A stretch of 64,000 bases of DNA, taken from NCBI GenBank assembly GCA_036493615.1, contig DASXPL010000002.1:1995-65994 (forward strand). Direction: 5' to 3'. A program made the translations under genes and the position numbers. The notes below the pieces were generated by a model. It saw only the letters and a program-made list of their open reading frames with translations. It ran no database searches and had not been told where the DNA came from. Source of the DNA: Steroidobacteraceae bacterium (GTDB lineage: Bacteria; Pseudomonadota; Gammaproteobacteria; Steroidobacterales; Steroidobacteraceae). This document shows positions 44,088-55,853 of this stretch, piece by piece. Each line of letters opens with the position of its first letter. Within the stretch, counting starts at the first letter, position 1.

Positions 44088-44513
44088 ATGGCAATGAGTG
44101 TCGGTTCAGGTTCGGGCGGGATGATGTGCGACATCAACACCACCCCGCTCATCGATGTGATGCTGGTGCTGCTGGTGACGCTGATCATCTCGCTGCCCGT
44201 CATGACGCACGCAGTCAAGCTCGACATGCCCAACCCCAACGCGCAGCCGCCGCCGCCGGATACCCCGCCGGAGGTGATCGACATCGAGATCGACTTCGAC
44301 GGCACGGTGGCCTGGAACGGCACCCCGGTGCCGGCCCTGGACCAGCTCGAGGGCTACATGCGCACCGAGGCCGCCAAGGACCCGCAGCCGGAGATCCACC
44401 TGCGGCCGGACCGGCGCGCCAAGTACGGTGTCGTGGCGCAGGTGCTGGCGGCGGCCCAGCGCAACCACATGCAGAAGATCGGCTTTACCAACGTTGCGCA
44501 GTTTGGTCAGTAG
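44088..44513 (+). CDS. exbD: Biopolymer transport protein ExbD (copy 2)
   Basis: Contains 'INTTPLIDVMLVLLVTLIIS'. It is a paralogue of the preceding gene. Confidence 0.9.
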   Translation: MAMSVGSGSGGMMCDINTTPLIDVMLVLLVTLIISLPVMTHAVKLDMPNPNAQPPPPDTPPEVIDIEIDFDGTVAWNGTPVPALDQLEGYMRTEAAKDPQPEIHLRPDRRAKYGVVAQVLAAAQRNHMQKIGFTNVAQFGQ

Positions 44514-44539
44514 TCGTTCAGTCCTCGTTCAGTAGTCGT
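44514..44539 (+). repeat. About 2.5 tandem copies of the 11-mer TCGTTCAGT(CC/AG)
   Basis: Read directly: tcgttcagtcc tcgttcagtag tcgt. In addition, 'tcagtagtcgt' occurs at both 44507-44517 and 44529-44539. Confidence 0.6.
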
Positions 44540-44556
44540 ATAGGTAAATGCCAAAC

Positions 44557-45783
44557 ATGAAGGTCACAGTTACGGTTGCCACAGCGCTCCTCGGCGCCGC
44601 GGTTTTGATGACGGGAACCCCCGCCCTGGCCGCCGCCGGCAAGAACACCAACAGCGAGAAGGTGGCGAAGCTGCTGGTGCCGGCGCAGGAAGCGCTGAAG
44701 AACAAGCAGTACGCGGCCGCGCTCGCCAAGATCCACGAGGCCCAGGCACTGCCTGACAAGACGCCGTTCGATCAGTACACGATCGCCGAGTTCGGTTGCA
44801 ACGCCAACATCGGGGCGGCCAATTACGCCGACGCCGCCAAGGACTGCGAGACTCGCCTGGAGAGCAGCTTCATGCCCCCCGGGGACGTGCCGCAGCTCAC
44901 CCGTGCCCTGCTGGCGCTGAACTTCCAGCTCAAGAACTACGACAAGGCGATCGACTTCGGTCAGCGTGCCATCAAGGGCGGCTTCGCCACCGATGACAAC
45001 AAGAACCTCGTCGCCCAGGCCTACTACCTCAAGGGCAACTACAAGGACGCCCTGAAGACCGAGCAGGCCCTGGTTGATCAGGAGCTCAAGGCCGGTCAGA
45101 CACCCAAGGAAGACCAGCTGAAGCTGGTGCTCAGTTCCTGCGTCAAGATCGACGACAAGGACTGCCAGATGCACACCATGGAGCGTCTGGTCACCTACTA
45201 CGCCAAGCCCGATTACTGGGCGCAGCTGCTGTTCTCGCTGCGCCACCAGACCTCGAACAACGACACCAACACGCTGCAGACCTACCGGCTGATGTACGAC
45301 GTCGACGTGCTGAAGGAAGCCGGCGACTACAACGAGATGGCTCAGCTGGCGGTGGATGCCGGCTCCCCGGGTGAGGCGCAGAAGGTGCTGGAGAAGGGCT
45401 TCGAGAAGGGCGTCTTCACCGAGCCGAGGATCAAGGACCGCAACACGCGCCTGCTGGAGACGGTGAAGAAGAGCGCCGCTACCGACCAGGCCTCGCTGCC
45501 GAAGCTGGAAAAGGATGCCGATGCCGCCCAGAACGGGGTGAAGAGCGCGGCCGCAGGGCTCGCCGAGTTCGGCTATGGCCAGTACGACAAGGCTGCGGAT
45601 TACCTGTCCAAGGCCATCTCCAAGGGCGGGCTCGCGAACGAGGCCAACACGCGCATGTTGCTCGGCATCGCGCAGCTGAAGGCTGGCAAGAAGGACGACG
45701 CCGTCAAGAGCTTCAAGGCGGTCAAGGGCGACCCGGCACTCGAGCAGCTGGCGAGCCTGTGGGCAGTGCACGCCCGCGCCTAG
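44557..45783 (+). CDS. Periplasmic tetratricopeptide-repeat protein
   Basis: Signal peptide 'MKVTVTVATALLGAAVLMTGTPALAAAG' and TPR-like helical repeats throughout. It follows exbD2 directly. An alternative ATG is at 44548. Confidence 0.75.
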   Translation: MKVTVTVATALLGAAVLMTGTPALAAAGKNTNSEKVAKLLVPAQEALKNKQYAAALAKIHEAQALPDKTPFDQYTIAEFGCNANIGAANYADAAKDCETRLESSFMPPGDVPQLTRALLALNFQLKNYDKAIDFGQRAIKGGFATDDNKNLVAQAYYLKGNYKDALKTEQALVDQELKAGQTPKEDQLKLVLSSCVKIDDKDCQMHTMERLVTYYAKPDYWAQLLFSLRHQTSNNDTNTLQTYRLMYDVDVLKEAGDYNEMAQLAVDAGSPGEAQKVLEKGFEKGVFTEPRIKDRNTRLLETVKKSAATDQASLPKLEKDADAAQNGVKSAAAGLAEFGYGQYDKAADYLSKAISKGGLANEANTRMLLGIAQLKAGKKDDAVKSFKAVKGDPALEQLASLWAVHARA

Positions 45784-45833
45784 GCGCGGGCGCCGGCGCG
45801 GTCTGAGCGCCGCGGAGCGGGACTGAGACATCA

Positions 45834-45871
45834 GGGCCGGCGAGAGCGTTCATCTCCCGGCCCTTCTCGTT
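45834..45871 (+). terminator. Rho-independent terminator
   Basis: GGGCCGG-loop-CCGGCCC followed by TTCTCGTT, downstream of the TPR gene. Confidence 0.55.
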
Positions 45872-45928
45872 GGAACGGTGCACGCGCAGTGTGCCGCCTG
45901 AACATACGCGCAACAGGAGATGAGGCAG

Positions 45929-46411
45929 ATGACGATCAAGGCAGGCGAGAAGATGCCCGCGGGCACGCTCAAGCGGATGACCAAGGATGGCCCGAAGGAC
46001 ATCAGCACCGAGGAGCTGTTCAAGGGCAAGAAGGTCGTGCTGTTCTCCGTGCCCGGTGCCTTCACCCCCACCTGCGATGCCAAGCACCTGCCGGGCTTCG
46101 TGGAGCTGGCGGGCGCTATCAGGGCCAAGGGCGTGGACACCATCGCCTGCATGGCGGTGAACGATGTGTTCGTGATGAACGCCTGGGGCAAGGCCTCCAG
46201 CGTCGGCGACCAGGTCCTGATGCTCGCCGACGGTAACGGCGATTACGCCCGCGCGCTCGGCCTGGAGCTGGACGCCAAGGGCTACGGCATGGGCCTGCGC
46301 GGGCAGCGCTTTGCGCTGATCGTCAAGGACGGGGTGGCCTCCCACGTCGACGTCGAGGCCCCCGGACAGTTCAAGGTGTCCGCAGCCGAGCACGTCCTCG
46401 GGCAGCTCTAG
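45929..46411 (+). CDS. Peroxiredoxin (Prx5/PrxD type)
   Basis: Contains 'VVLFSVPGAFTPTCDAKHLPGF'. AGGAGA lies 8 nt upstream of the ATG at 45929. Confidence 0.88.
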   Translation: MTIKAGEKMPAGTLKRMTKDGPKDISTEELFKGKKVVLFSVPGAFTPTCDAKHLPGFVELAGAIRAKGVDTIACMAVNDVFVMNAWGKASSVGDQVLMLADGNGDYARALGLELDAKGYGMGLRGQRFALIVKDGVASHVDVEAPGQFKVSAAEHVLGQL

Positions 46412-47349
46412 CCGATCAGCCGCTCGATCTCGGGGATGACCTGGAACAGGTCGCCCACCAGGCCGATGTCGGCCACCTCGAAGATCGGCGCCTCGCCATC
46501 CTTGTTGATGGCGACGATGGTGCGCGCATCCTTGATGCCGGTCAGGTGCTGGATCGCACCGGAGATGCCTACCGCCACGTACAGCTCCGGGGCGATGATC
46601 TTGCCGGTCTGCCCGACCTGCATCTCGTTGGGGGCGTAGCCGGCATCCACCGCCGCGCGCGAAGCACCGACGGCGGCATTGAGCTTGCCGGCGAGGCTGT
46701 AGAGGATCTTGAAGCCATCGGCGCTGCCGAGCGCCCGGCCGCCGGAGATCACGCGCGCCGCGGTCTGCAGGTCCGGGCGGTCGTTCTTGGCGGCCGAGAC
46801 CGAGACGAAGCGGGTGTGGGTGGGCAGGGGCACATCGACCGCGACCTTCTCGATCGCCGCAGTGCCGCCAGCACCGGTTGCCTCGAAGGAGGCCGGGCGC
46901 ACGGTGCCGATCAGCTTTTCCACCCCGGTGGTGTCGACCGTGAGGATGGCGTTGCCGGCATAGATCGGGCGGCGGAAGCGCGTCGCGCTCTCGATCGCCA
47001 TGATGTCCGACAGCTGCGGCGCATCCAGCAATCCTGCCACGCGGGCCATCAGGTCCTTGCCGAAGGTGGTGGAGGCGCCGAGCACCAGCGCGTAGGGGCC
47101 GGCGATCGCGGCGACCTGCGGGGCCAGCACCGCGGCGAGCGCATGCTCGTTGGCCGGGTTGTCGATGACGAGCACGCCGCTCACGCCGGCAAGCTCGGCG
47201 GCCTGCTGGGCGACCGCGGCCCCCTCGACGGCGAACACGGCGATGGTGATCTTGGCATCCGCCAGCGCCCGCGCGCAGGTGACGCACTTGGCGGTGGCGA
47301 GGTTGAGCGTCTTGCCGTCGTGCTCGGCAATGATGAGGATCTGGCTCAC
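46408..47349 (-). CDS. etfA: Electron transfer flavoprotein alpha subunit
   Basis: Contains '[10 protein letters not shown]', '[20 protein letters not shown]' and 'IVAINKD'. Confidence 0.92.
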   Translation of the reverse strand: MSQILIIAEHDGKTLNLATAKCVTCARALADAKITIAVFAVEGAAVAQQAAELAGVSGVLVIDNPANEHALAAVLAPQVAAIAGPYALVLGASTTFGKDLMARVAGLLDAPQLSDIMAIESATRFRRPIYAGNAILTVDTTGVEKLIGTVRPASFEATGAGGTAAIEKVAVDVPLPTHTRFVSVSAAKNDRPDLQTAARVISGGRALGSADGFKILYSLAGKLNAAVGASRAAVDAGYAPNEMQVGQTGKIIAPELYVAVGISGAIQHLTGIKDARTIVAINKDGEAPIFEVADIGLVGDLFQVIPEIERLIG

Positions 47350-48095
47350 AGGAGTCCCTTCTTCTTCAGCGCATCGACCAGTTCAGCCGCGTCCTTGACC
47401 TTGATGCCCTTCTGGCGCTGCGGCGGCGGCTCGAATTTCACCAGCTTCAGCCGCTGGCGTGCCTCGACCTTCAGGTCCGCCAGCGTCAGGCTGTCCAGCG
47501 GCTTCTTCTTGGCCTTCATGATGTCCGGCAGCTTCACGTAGCGCGGCTCGTTCAGACGCAGGTCGGTGGTCACCACCGCCGGCAGGTCGATGTCCAGGGT
47601 CTCAAGCCCGGCGTCCACCTCGCGTGTGACCCGTGCGCTGCCCTCGGCGAGTTCGAGCTTGGAGGCATAGGTGGCCTGCGGGCGGTTCCACAGGGCCGCG
47701 AGCATCTGCCCGGTCTGGCCGTTGTCATCGTCGATGGCCTGCTTGCCCAGGATCACCAGCAGCGGCTGCTCGCGCTCGACGAGCTTCAGCAGCGCACGCG
47801 CGGCGGTCAAAGGTTCGACGATGCCCTCGGCGACCACGTGCAGGGCACGGTCGGCCCCCATGGCCAGCGCGGTGCGCAGCTGCTGCTGACACTCGGCAGG
47901 TCCCACGGTGGCCACGACGACTTCCTCCGCGCCGCCGCGCTCCTTGATGCGCAGCGCCTCCTCGAGGGCGATCTCGTCGAAGGGGTTGACGCTCATCTTC
48001 ACCCCGTCGGTGACGACGCCCGTGTTGTCCGGCTTGACCCGGATGCGCACGTTGTAGTCAACGACGCGCTTGATACCGACCAGGATGCGCTTCAT
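47346..48095 (-). CDS. etfB: Electron transfer flavoprotein beta subunit
   Basis: Contains 'MKRILVGIKRVVDYNVRIRV' and 'LILGKQAIDDDNGQTGQMLA'. 4-nt overlap with etfA. Confidence 0.92.
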   Translation of the reverse strand: MKRILVGIKRVVDYNVRIRVKPDNTGVVTDGVKMSVNPFDEIALEEALRIKERGGAEEVVVATVGPAECQQQLRTALAMGADRALHVVAEGIVEPLTAARALLKLVEREQPLLVILGKQAIDDDNGQTGQMLAALWNRPQATYASKLELAEGSARVTREVDAGLETLDIDLPAVVTTDLRLNEPRYVKLPDIMKAKKKPLDSLTLADLKVEARQRLKLVKFEPPPQRQKGIKVKDAAELVDALKKKGLL

Positions 48096-48226
48096 TCCTC
48101 AGGACTCTTCACACTTGGCCCGCGGACGGGCAACAGGGGGCGCAGTATAACGGGCGCCCCGCGGCCGGTGTTGCCGGCAGAAGCCGTGGCGTTGACGAAT
48201 TGCGCACCGCCTCCCTAAAGTCCCGC

Positions 48227-49150
48227 ATGCTGCGTTACCTGCTCCAGCGCACCCTGGGACTTGTGCCCACACTCCTGGTCATCGTCTCGGTGTCCTTTCT
48301 CATCCTGCGCCTCGCCCCCGGCGGCCCGTTCGACCAGGAGCAGGGTCTGAGCGCGCCAGTGCGGGCAAATCTGGAACGCGCCTACGGCCTCAACGAGAGC
48401 CTGCCCAGGCAGTACGCCCACTACCTGCGCGCGCTCGCACACGGGGACTTCGGGCCCTCGTTAAGACAACGCGACTTCAGCGTGCGCGAGCTGATCGCGC
48501 AGGGGCTGCCGGTGAGCCTGACCCTCGGCCTTGCAGCCCTGGTGCTGGCCATCGCCTGTGGCATCCCGGCGGGCATCGCCGCGGCGCTGCGGCATGCCCG
48601 CTCGACCGACCACACGCTCTCGGCGCTGAGCGCTCTGGCACTGGCACTGCCGAGCTTTGTCACCGGCCCGCTGCTGGCCCTGGTGTTTGCCATCCACCTG
48701 CACTGGCTGCCGGTGGCTGGCTGGCAGGGCGGTGCGCTGCGCTTTCTGGTGCTGCCGGTGCTGACCCTGGCGCTGCCGATGGGCGCTTACCTGGCGCGGC
48801 TGACGCGTGCCAGCCTGCTCGAGAGCCTGCGCAGCCCCTACGTGCGCAGCGCGCGCGCACGCGGGCTCGGGTCCGCGCGCGTGCTCTGGTGCCACGCGCT
48901 GCCGCCGGCGCTGTTGCCGGTGGTCAGCTACCTCGGGCCGGCGAGCGCCTTCGTGGTGACCGGCTCGCTGGTCGTGGAGAGCGTGTTCGGCCTGCCGGGC
49001 ACCGGGCGTTACCTGGTGCAGGGGGCGATCGATCGCGACTACCCCCTGGTGCTCGGCATGGTCGTGGTCTACGGCGCGCTCACCCTGCTGCTGAATCTGC
49101 TCGCGGACCTGCTGTACGGGTGGCTCGACCCGGCCGTGCGGCATGGTTGA
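48227..49150 (+). CDS. ABC transporter permease (OppB/DppB/YejB type)
   Basis: Contains 'MLRYLLQRTLGLVPTLLVIVSVSFLILRLAPGGPF' and an EAA-loop region. Confidence 0.88.
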   Translation: MLRYLLQRTLGLVPTLLVIVSVSFLILRLAPGGPFDQEQGLSAPVRANLERAYGLNESLPRQYAHYLRALAHGDFGPSLRQRDFSVRELIAQGLPVSLTLGLAALVLAIACGIPAGIAAALRHARSTDHTLSALSALALALPSFVTGPLLALVFAIHLHWLPVAGWQGGALRFLVLPVLTLALPMGAYLARLTRASLLESLRSPYVRSARARGLGSARVLWCHALPPALLPVVSYLGPASAFVVTGSLVVESVFGLPGTGRYLVQGAIDRDYPLVLGMVVVYGALTLLLNLLADLLYGWLDPAVRHG

Positions 49151-49983
49151 GCTGTCGGTGAGCCATTCGCCAGCGAGTAGCGCCGCGGCGCGGCTGTGGG
49201 CGCAGCAGGGGGCGCGCGCGGCGCTGGCCGTGCTGCTGGCACTGGTGCTGCTGGCCTGCCTGGGCCCCGCCTTAAGTCCCTGGCAGCCCGAGACGCTCGA
49301 CTGGCATCACCTCGCTCAGGCCCCGGGCCTTGCGGGTGCGCACTGGTTGGGCACCGACCGCCTGGGACGTGACCTGTACGTGCGCACGCTGCACGGGGTG
49401 CGCCTGTCGCTGCTGCTGAGCGTGGCGGCGAGCGCGATCAGTCTCGTGATCGGCATCGGCTGGGGCATGGTGGCAGGGTATGCAGGCGGCCGGCTCGACG
49501 CGGTGATGATGCGCTTCGTGGACGTGCTGTACGCACTGCCGTACCTGTTCATCGTCATCATCCTCACCAGTCTCCTCGCGCGCGGCAGTCTCGTGGTGCT
49601 GCTGCTGGGCCTGGGCGGGGTGGGGTGGCTGACGATGGCGCGCATCGTGCGCGGGCAGACACTGGCGCTGAAGCGCCGTGAGTTCATCGAGGCTGCCCGC
49701 GCCACCGGGGTGGGCAGCGCGCAGATCCTCTGGCGGCACGTGCTGCCCAATCTTCTGGGCCCGGTGCTGGTGTACGCCGCGCTCATCGTCCCGCAGATGA
49801 TCCTGTTCGAGAGCTTCCTGAGCTTTCTGGGATTGGGTGTGCAGGAGCCGCAGGCGAGCCTCGGCAACCTGGTCTACGGTGGCGCCCAGGAGATGGAATC
49901 CGCGCCCTGGATGCTGCTGGTGCCGGCGGCAGTGCTGGTGGCGCTGTTGGTGTGCCTGAACCTGCTGGGCGACCGCCTGCGCG

Positions 49984-50009
<26 letters not shown>
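49143..50009 (+). CDS. ABC transporter permease (OppC/DppC/YejE type)
   Basis: Contains 'HWLGTDRLGRDLYVR' and 'ARATGVGSAQILWRHVLPN'. Confidence 0.88.
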
Positions 50010-51810
<1,801 letters not shown>

Positions 51811-51887
51811 CGAGGCGGGCCTGCCTGCATCACGAAATCGCGCGCGCGCGCGGCGCGCAGCGGCCCAGCTGGTATTCTCCACCGCCT

Positions 51888-53162
51888 ATGACCGAGCAAA
51901 GCATCCGCCCCAGCGAGGGCCTGAGGCACGTGCGCTACGAGATCCGCGGCCGCCTGGCACGGCGCGCCCACGAGCTCGAGCGACAAGGTTACGAGATCAT
52001 CTCCCTGAACATCGGCAACCCGCGCGCCTTCGGGCTGCGCACCCCCGAGACCATGCGCCTGGCGATGATCGAGAACATGGGTGAGGCGGAAGGCTATTGC
52101 CACCAGAAGGGCATCTTCCCGGCTCGCGAGGCGGTGGTCATGCAGCAGCAGGGCCGTGGCGTCAGCGGCGTCACGGCCGAGGAGGTGTTCATCGGCAACG
52201 GGGTGAGCGAGCTGATCGATCTGACGCTGCGGGCGCTGCTCAACGAGGGCGACGAGGTGCTCATCCCCAGCCCCGACTACCCGCTGTGGACCGCGGCGGT
52301 CACGCTCAACCGCGGGCGCGCAGTGCACTACCCGTGCCGCCCCGAGAACGCCTTCATCCCGGACCCGGAGGAAGTGGCCCGTCTGCTGAGCCCGCGCACG
52401 CGCGCGATCGTCATCATCAACCCCAACAATCCGACCGGCGCGGTCTACCCCAGGGCCGTGCTCGAGAGCCTCGCGCGGCTGGCCGAGCGCGCCGGCCTGG
52501 TCGTCTTCAGTGACGAGATCTACGACCAGATGACCTATGATGGGGCGCAGTTCGTGCCGATGGCGACCCTGGTGCACGACACGGTGTGCGCAAGCTTCTC
52601 CGGGCTCTCCAAGGTCTACCGCGCCTGCGGCTACCGCGTGGGCTGGGTGAGCTTCTCCGGGCGCACCCACGCGGCGGCCGACTACCTGAGTGCGCTCGAG
52701 CTGTTGTCCTCCCTGCGCCTGTGCAGCAATGTCGCCGGCCAGTGGGCCGTGCAGACCGCCCTGGGCGGCCACCAGAGCGTGCGCGAGCTCGTAGCCCCCG
52801 GCGGGCGTCTGCATGACTCGCGCGCGGCGATCCTGCACGCCACCGCCCGGAGCCACTACCTTAAGCTCGCCCCGCCCGGCGGGGCCATGTACGCCTTCGT
52901 CGGCGTGGACAGCACCGCGCTGCCCGGGTTCGACGACCAGCAGTTTGCGCTCGATCTTCTGGAGCAGAAGCACGTGCTGGTCGCCCCGGGGGTGAGCTTC
53001 AACGTGCCCTACCGGAATCACTTCCGCATCACCAACCTGCCGGATGCGGCGACGTTGCGCGAGGTGTTCTCCCGCACCGAAGAACTCCTGGCCGAGTACG
53101 CCCGGGGCGAGGCCAAAGGCTCCGGCAGTGGCGGCAAGGTCATCAACGTCAGCTTCAAGTAG
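51888..53162 (+). CDS. PLP-dependent aminotransferase, AlaA/YfbQ-like
   Basis: Contains 'YEIISLNIGNPRAFGL', 'NPNNPTGAVY' and 'SGLSKVYRACGYRVGW'. Confidence 0.88.
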   Translation: MTEQSIRPSEGLRHVRYEIRGRLARRAHELERQGYEIISLNIGNPRAFGLRTPETMRLAMIENMGEAEGYCHQKGIFPAREAVVMQQQGRGVSGVTAEEVFIGNGVSELIDLTLRALLNEGDEVLIPSPDYPLWTAAVTLNRGRAVHYPCRPENAFIPDPEEVARLLSPRTRAIVIINPNNPTGAVYPRAVLESLARLAERAGLVVFSDEIYDQMTYDGAQFVPMATLVHDTVCASFSGLSKVYRACGYRVGWVSFSGRTHAAADYLSALELLSSLRLCSNVAGQWAVQTALGGHQSVRELVAPGGRLHDSRAAILHATARSHYLKLAPPGGAMYAFVGVDSTALPGFDDQQFALDLLEQKHVLVAPGVSFNVPYRNHFRITNLPDAATLREVFSRTEELLAEYARGEAKGSGSGGKVINVSFK

Positions 53163-53192
53163 GCGCGCGCGCCCGCGCCGCCTGCCACCGCA

Positions 53193-55853
53193 TTGTTCAG
53201 GCTTTCCAACGAGCTGAGCGAACACCTGCAGCGCGGCGGCACGCTGCTCGTGCCCCAGCACGCCCGCGTGCGCGCGGTGGCGCTCGCCTATGCCGCGGCG
53301 GAACTTGCCCCGGGCGCTTGCGTATGGCGCAGCCCCGATGTCCTGACACCCGCCGCCTGGGCGCGCCGCAGCGCCGAGCGCCTCGCGCAGGCGGCTCCCG
53401 GGGAGTGGCCGCGGGTGCTGTCGGCCACCGAGGAGTGGCTGTTGTGGCGCGAGAGCGCGCGTGCTGCCGCGGCTGCCCAGCCGTTGCTCGATGCCGGCGC
53501 GCTCGCCGACAGCCTGCGCGCCGCTCACGATGAGGCCGCGCTGTTCGGCATCCGGCCGGCGGCCGCCCCGGCCGGCACCGAGGCGGGCCTGTTGCACGAG
53601 GCGTGCGTCGCCTTCGAGGCACGCTGCCTGAGTCTGCAGGCCGTGAGCGCAGGCATGCTGCTGCCGCGGCTGGTTGCATCGCCGGCCACCGAGGGCGTGA
53701 TGCTGCGCGGCCTGGCGCCAGTACCGCCCGCACTGCGGCCGCTCTTGGCACAGCTGCCGCCGCGCGCACAGCCGCAGGCGACGCCCCGGCTGGTGGTCTG
53801 TGCGGACCCGCAAGAGCAGGCCGACGCCATCACGGCATGGGCACGCGCGGCGCTGGATGCAGGCCCGCGCACGCGCCTGGCAGTAGTCTTTCCCGGGCCA
53901 GCCGGGGCGCGCGAGCGGCTCGCCGCGCAGCTGCGCGATGCGCTCGCACCGGGCGCGGCGCTGGCGCCGGAAACCCGGGTGCCGGTGGGCGTCGAGGGCG
54001 GCGCGGCGTTCGCGGCCAGGGCGCTGCCGGCACACGCCTTCACCGCGCTCGAGATCCTGCTGGGCCGGGAGATCGAGATCGGCGTGGTCGCCTCCTGGCT
54101 GGCGAGCCTGCAATGGTCGGCGCCGCCGCTGGCCGCGCGCGCCGCCCTTGCCCTGTTGCTGCGCCAGCGCGGGCTCACCACGCTGGCGCTGCCGGAGCTG
54201 CAGGGCGTGCTGCAGCTCGCACCGCGGCACTTGCAGCCGGCGGCCCGCGAGCTCGAGAGCCGGCTCAAGCGCGCCCGTGAGTCGCTGGGTAGCGCTGCTG
54301 CAAGCCCGCGGCACTGGTCCGAGCGCATCGAGCGCGCGCTCGCCGCGCTCGGCTGGCCCGGACTTCCCGGCGGCGGCGTGGCGGCCGCGGAACGGCTGCG
54401 CTGGCGCGAGCTGCTCGAGGACTTCGGCGGCCTCGAGGGCACCCTCGGGATCCTCCCGCAGCGCGAGGCACTGTCGCTCGTGCGCGCGCTCGCACAGCAC
54501 ACCACCTTCAACACCGGCACCGAGGATGTGGCGGTCCTGATCCTGCCGGCGCTCGTGGACCCGGTCGTGCACTACGACGGCATCTGGGTGGCGTCACTGA
54601 GCGCGGACGTGCTGCCCCAGCCGGTCGCACCCGACCCGTTCCTGCCGCGCCTGGCGCAGGTTGCGGCCGGCATCCCGGGCGCGAGCCTCGAGGGCCGGCG
54701 CGCGCAGGCGGCGGCGCAGCTGGCCGCCTGGTCGGTGGCGACCCCGGCGCTCACGCTCTCCTATGCGCGCCGTGAGGGGGATCTGGAGCTGCTGCCGAGC
54801 GCGCTGCTTTCGCGATTGCCGCCTGCAGCCCCTGCGGCGCGCCTGGGCTGGCTGCCGCTGCGCCTGCATCGAAGCGGCGCCACCGAGTCATGCGCCGATG
54901 CGCGCGGCACCACCTGGAACCCGCTGGTACCGCTGCCGCGCGGCACGCGCGCGCTCACCCTGCAGACCGAGTGCCCATTCCGCGCCTACGCGGAGCTGCG
55001 CCTCGGCGCATCCGAACCGGAGCGCGCCGAGCCGGGCGTGACGGCGAGCCAGCGCGGCCTGCTGCTGCACGCCGCGCTCGAGGCGCTGTGGCGCCGGCTC
55101 GGCGGCTCGGCCGGGCTCGCCGGGCACGAGGGTGCCGCGCTCGAGCGCCTGATCGCAGACTGCGTCGCGCAGGCCGCGCAGGGGCGGCTCGTGGAGCGAC
55201 CCGGGCGCCGCCGGCGCCGTACCGTGCCCGACGCGCAGTTCGACTTCTTCAGCACGCTGTCGCCGGCGCTCACGCGCGAGTCACGCCGCGCGGAGCGGCT
55301 GATCCGCGAACTGTGCGCGCTCGAGCGTACCCGCACACCGTTTGCGGTCGCCGCGCTCGAGGAGGGCGCCGAGCTGGCGCTTGGCGGCGGACGGCTGTCG
55401 ATGCGGCTCGACCGCGTCGACCTCGTGGACGGCGCGCGCGTGATCCTCGACTACAAGAGCGGGCGGCCGCACACCCCGGACTGGTACGGTGAGCGTCCCT
55501 CGCAACCCCAGCTGCTTGCCTACCTCGCAGCCCTCGGCGGTGCAGTCGCCGGACTTGCCACCGTGCACCTGACCGCCGGCAAGATCTGCTTCAGCGGCGT
55601 CACGGGGACGGCCGCGGTGCTGCCGCAGGTGAAGGCCTGGGCGCCGCAGCCCGGCGGCCTCGACTCGTGGGCGCTGCAGCAGGCGCGCTGGTCGGAGGTC
55701 GTGGCGGGACTGATCGCCGCCTTCCTGCGGGGCGATGCGGCAGTCGACCCGCTCCCCGGGGTTTGCAAGCACTGCCACCTCGCAGACGTGTGCCGCATCG
55801 GCGCGCACGCCGCCCCCGAGGATCCGGGGCACCCGGGCGAGTCCGATGACTGA
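53193..55853 (+). CDS. AddB-like PD-(D/E)XK nuclease-family protein (no Walker A)
   Basis: C-terminal nuclease motif 'RLDRVDLVDGARVILDYKSG' and the Cys cluster 'CKHCHLADVC'. The TTG start is uncertain. There is an 8-nt overlap with the next gene. Confidence 0.75.
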   Translation: MFRLSNELSEHLQRGGTLLVPQHARVRAVALAYAAAELAPGACVWRSPDVLTPAAWARRSAERLAQAAPGEWPRVLSATEEWLLWRESARAAAAAQPLLDAGALADSLRAAHDEAALFGIRPAAAPAGTEAGLLHEACVAFEARCLSLQAVSAGMLLPRLVASPATEGVMLRGLAPVPPALRPLLAQLPPRAQPQATPRLVVCADPQEQADAITAWARAALDAGPRTRLAVVFPGPAGARERLAAQLRDALAPGAALAPETRVPVGVEGGAAFAARALPAHAFTALEILLGREIEIGVVASWLASLQWSAPPLAARAALALLLRQRGLTTLALPELQGVLQLAPRHLQPAARELESRLKRARESLGSAAASPRHWSERIERALAALGWPGLPGGGVAAAERLRWRELLEDFGGLEGTLGILPQREALSLVRALAQHTTFNTGTEDVAVLILPALVDPVVHYDGIWVASLSADVLPQPVAPDPFLPRLAQVAAGIPGASLEGRRAQAAAQLAAWSVATPALTLSYARREGDLELLPSALLSRLPPAAPAARLGWLPLRLHRSGATESCADARGTTWNPLVPLPRGTRALTLQTECPFRAYAELRLGASEPERAEPGVTASQRGLLLHAALEALWRRLGGSAGLAGHEGAALERLIADCVAQAAQGRLVERPGRRRRRTVPDAQFDFFSTLSPALTRESRRAERLIRELCALERTRTPFAVAALEEGAELALGGGRLSMRLDRVDLVDGARVILDYKSGRPHTPDWYGERPSQPQLLAYLAALGGAVAGLATVHLTAGKICFSGVTGTAAVLPQVKAWAPQPGGLDSWALQQARWSEVVAGLIAAFLRGDAAVDPLPGVCKHCHLADVCRIGAHAAPEDPGHPGESDD

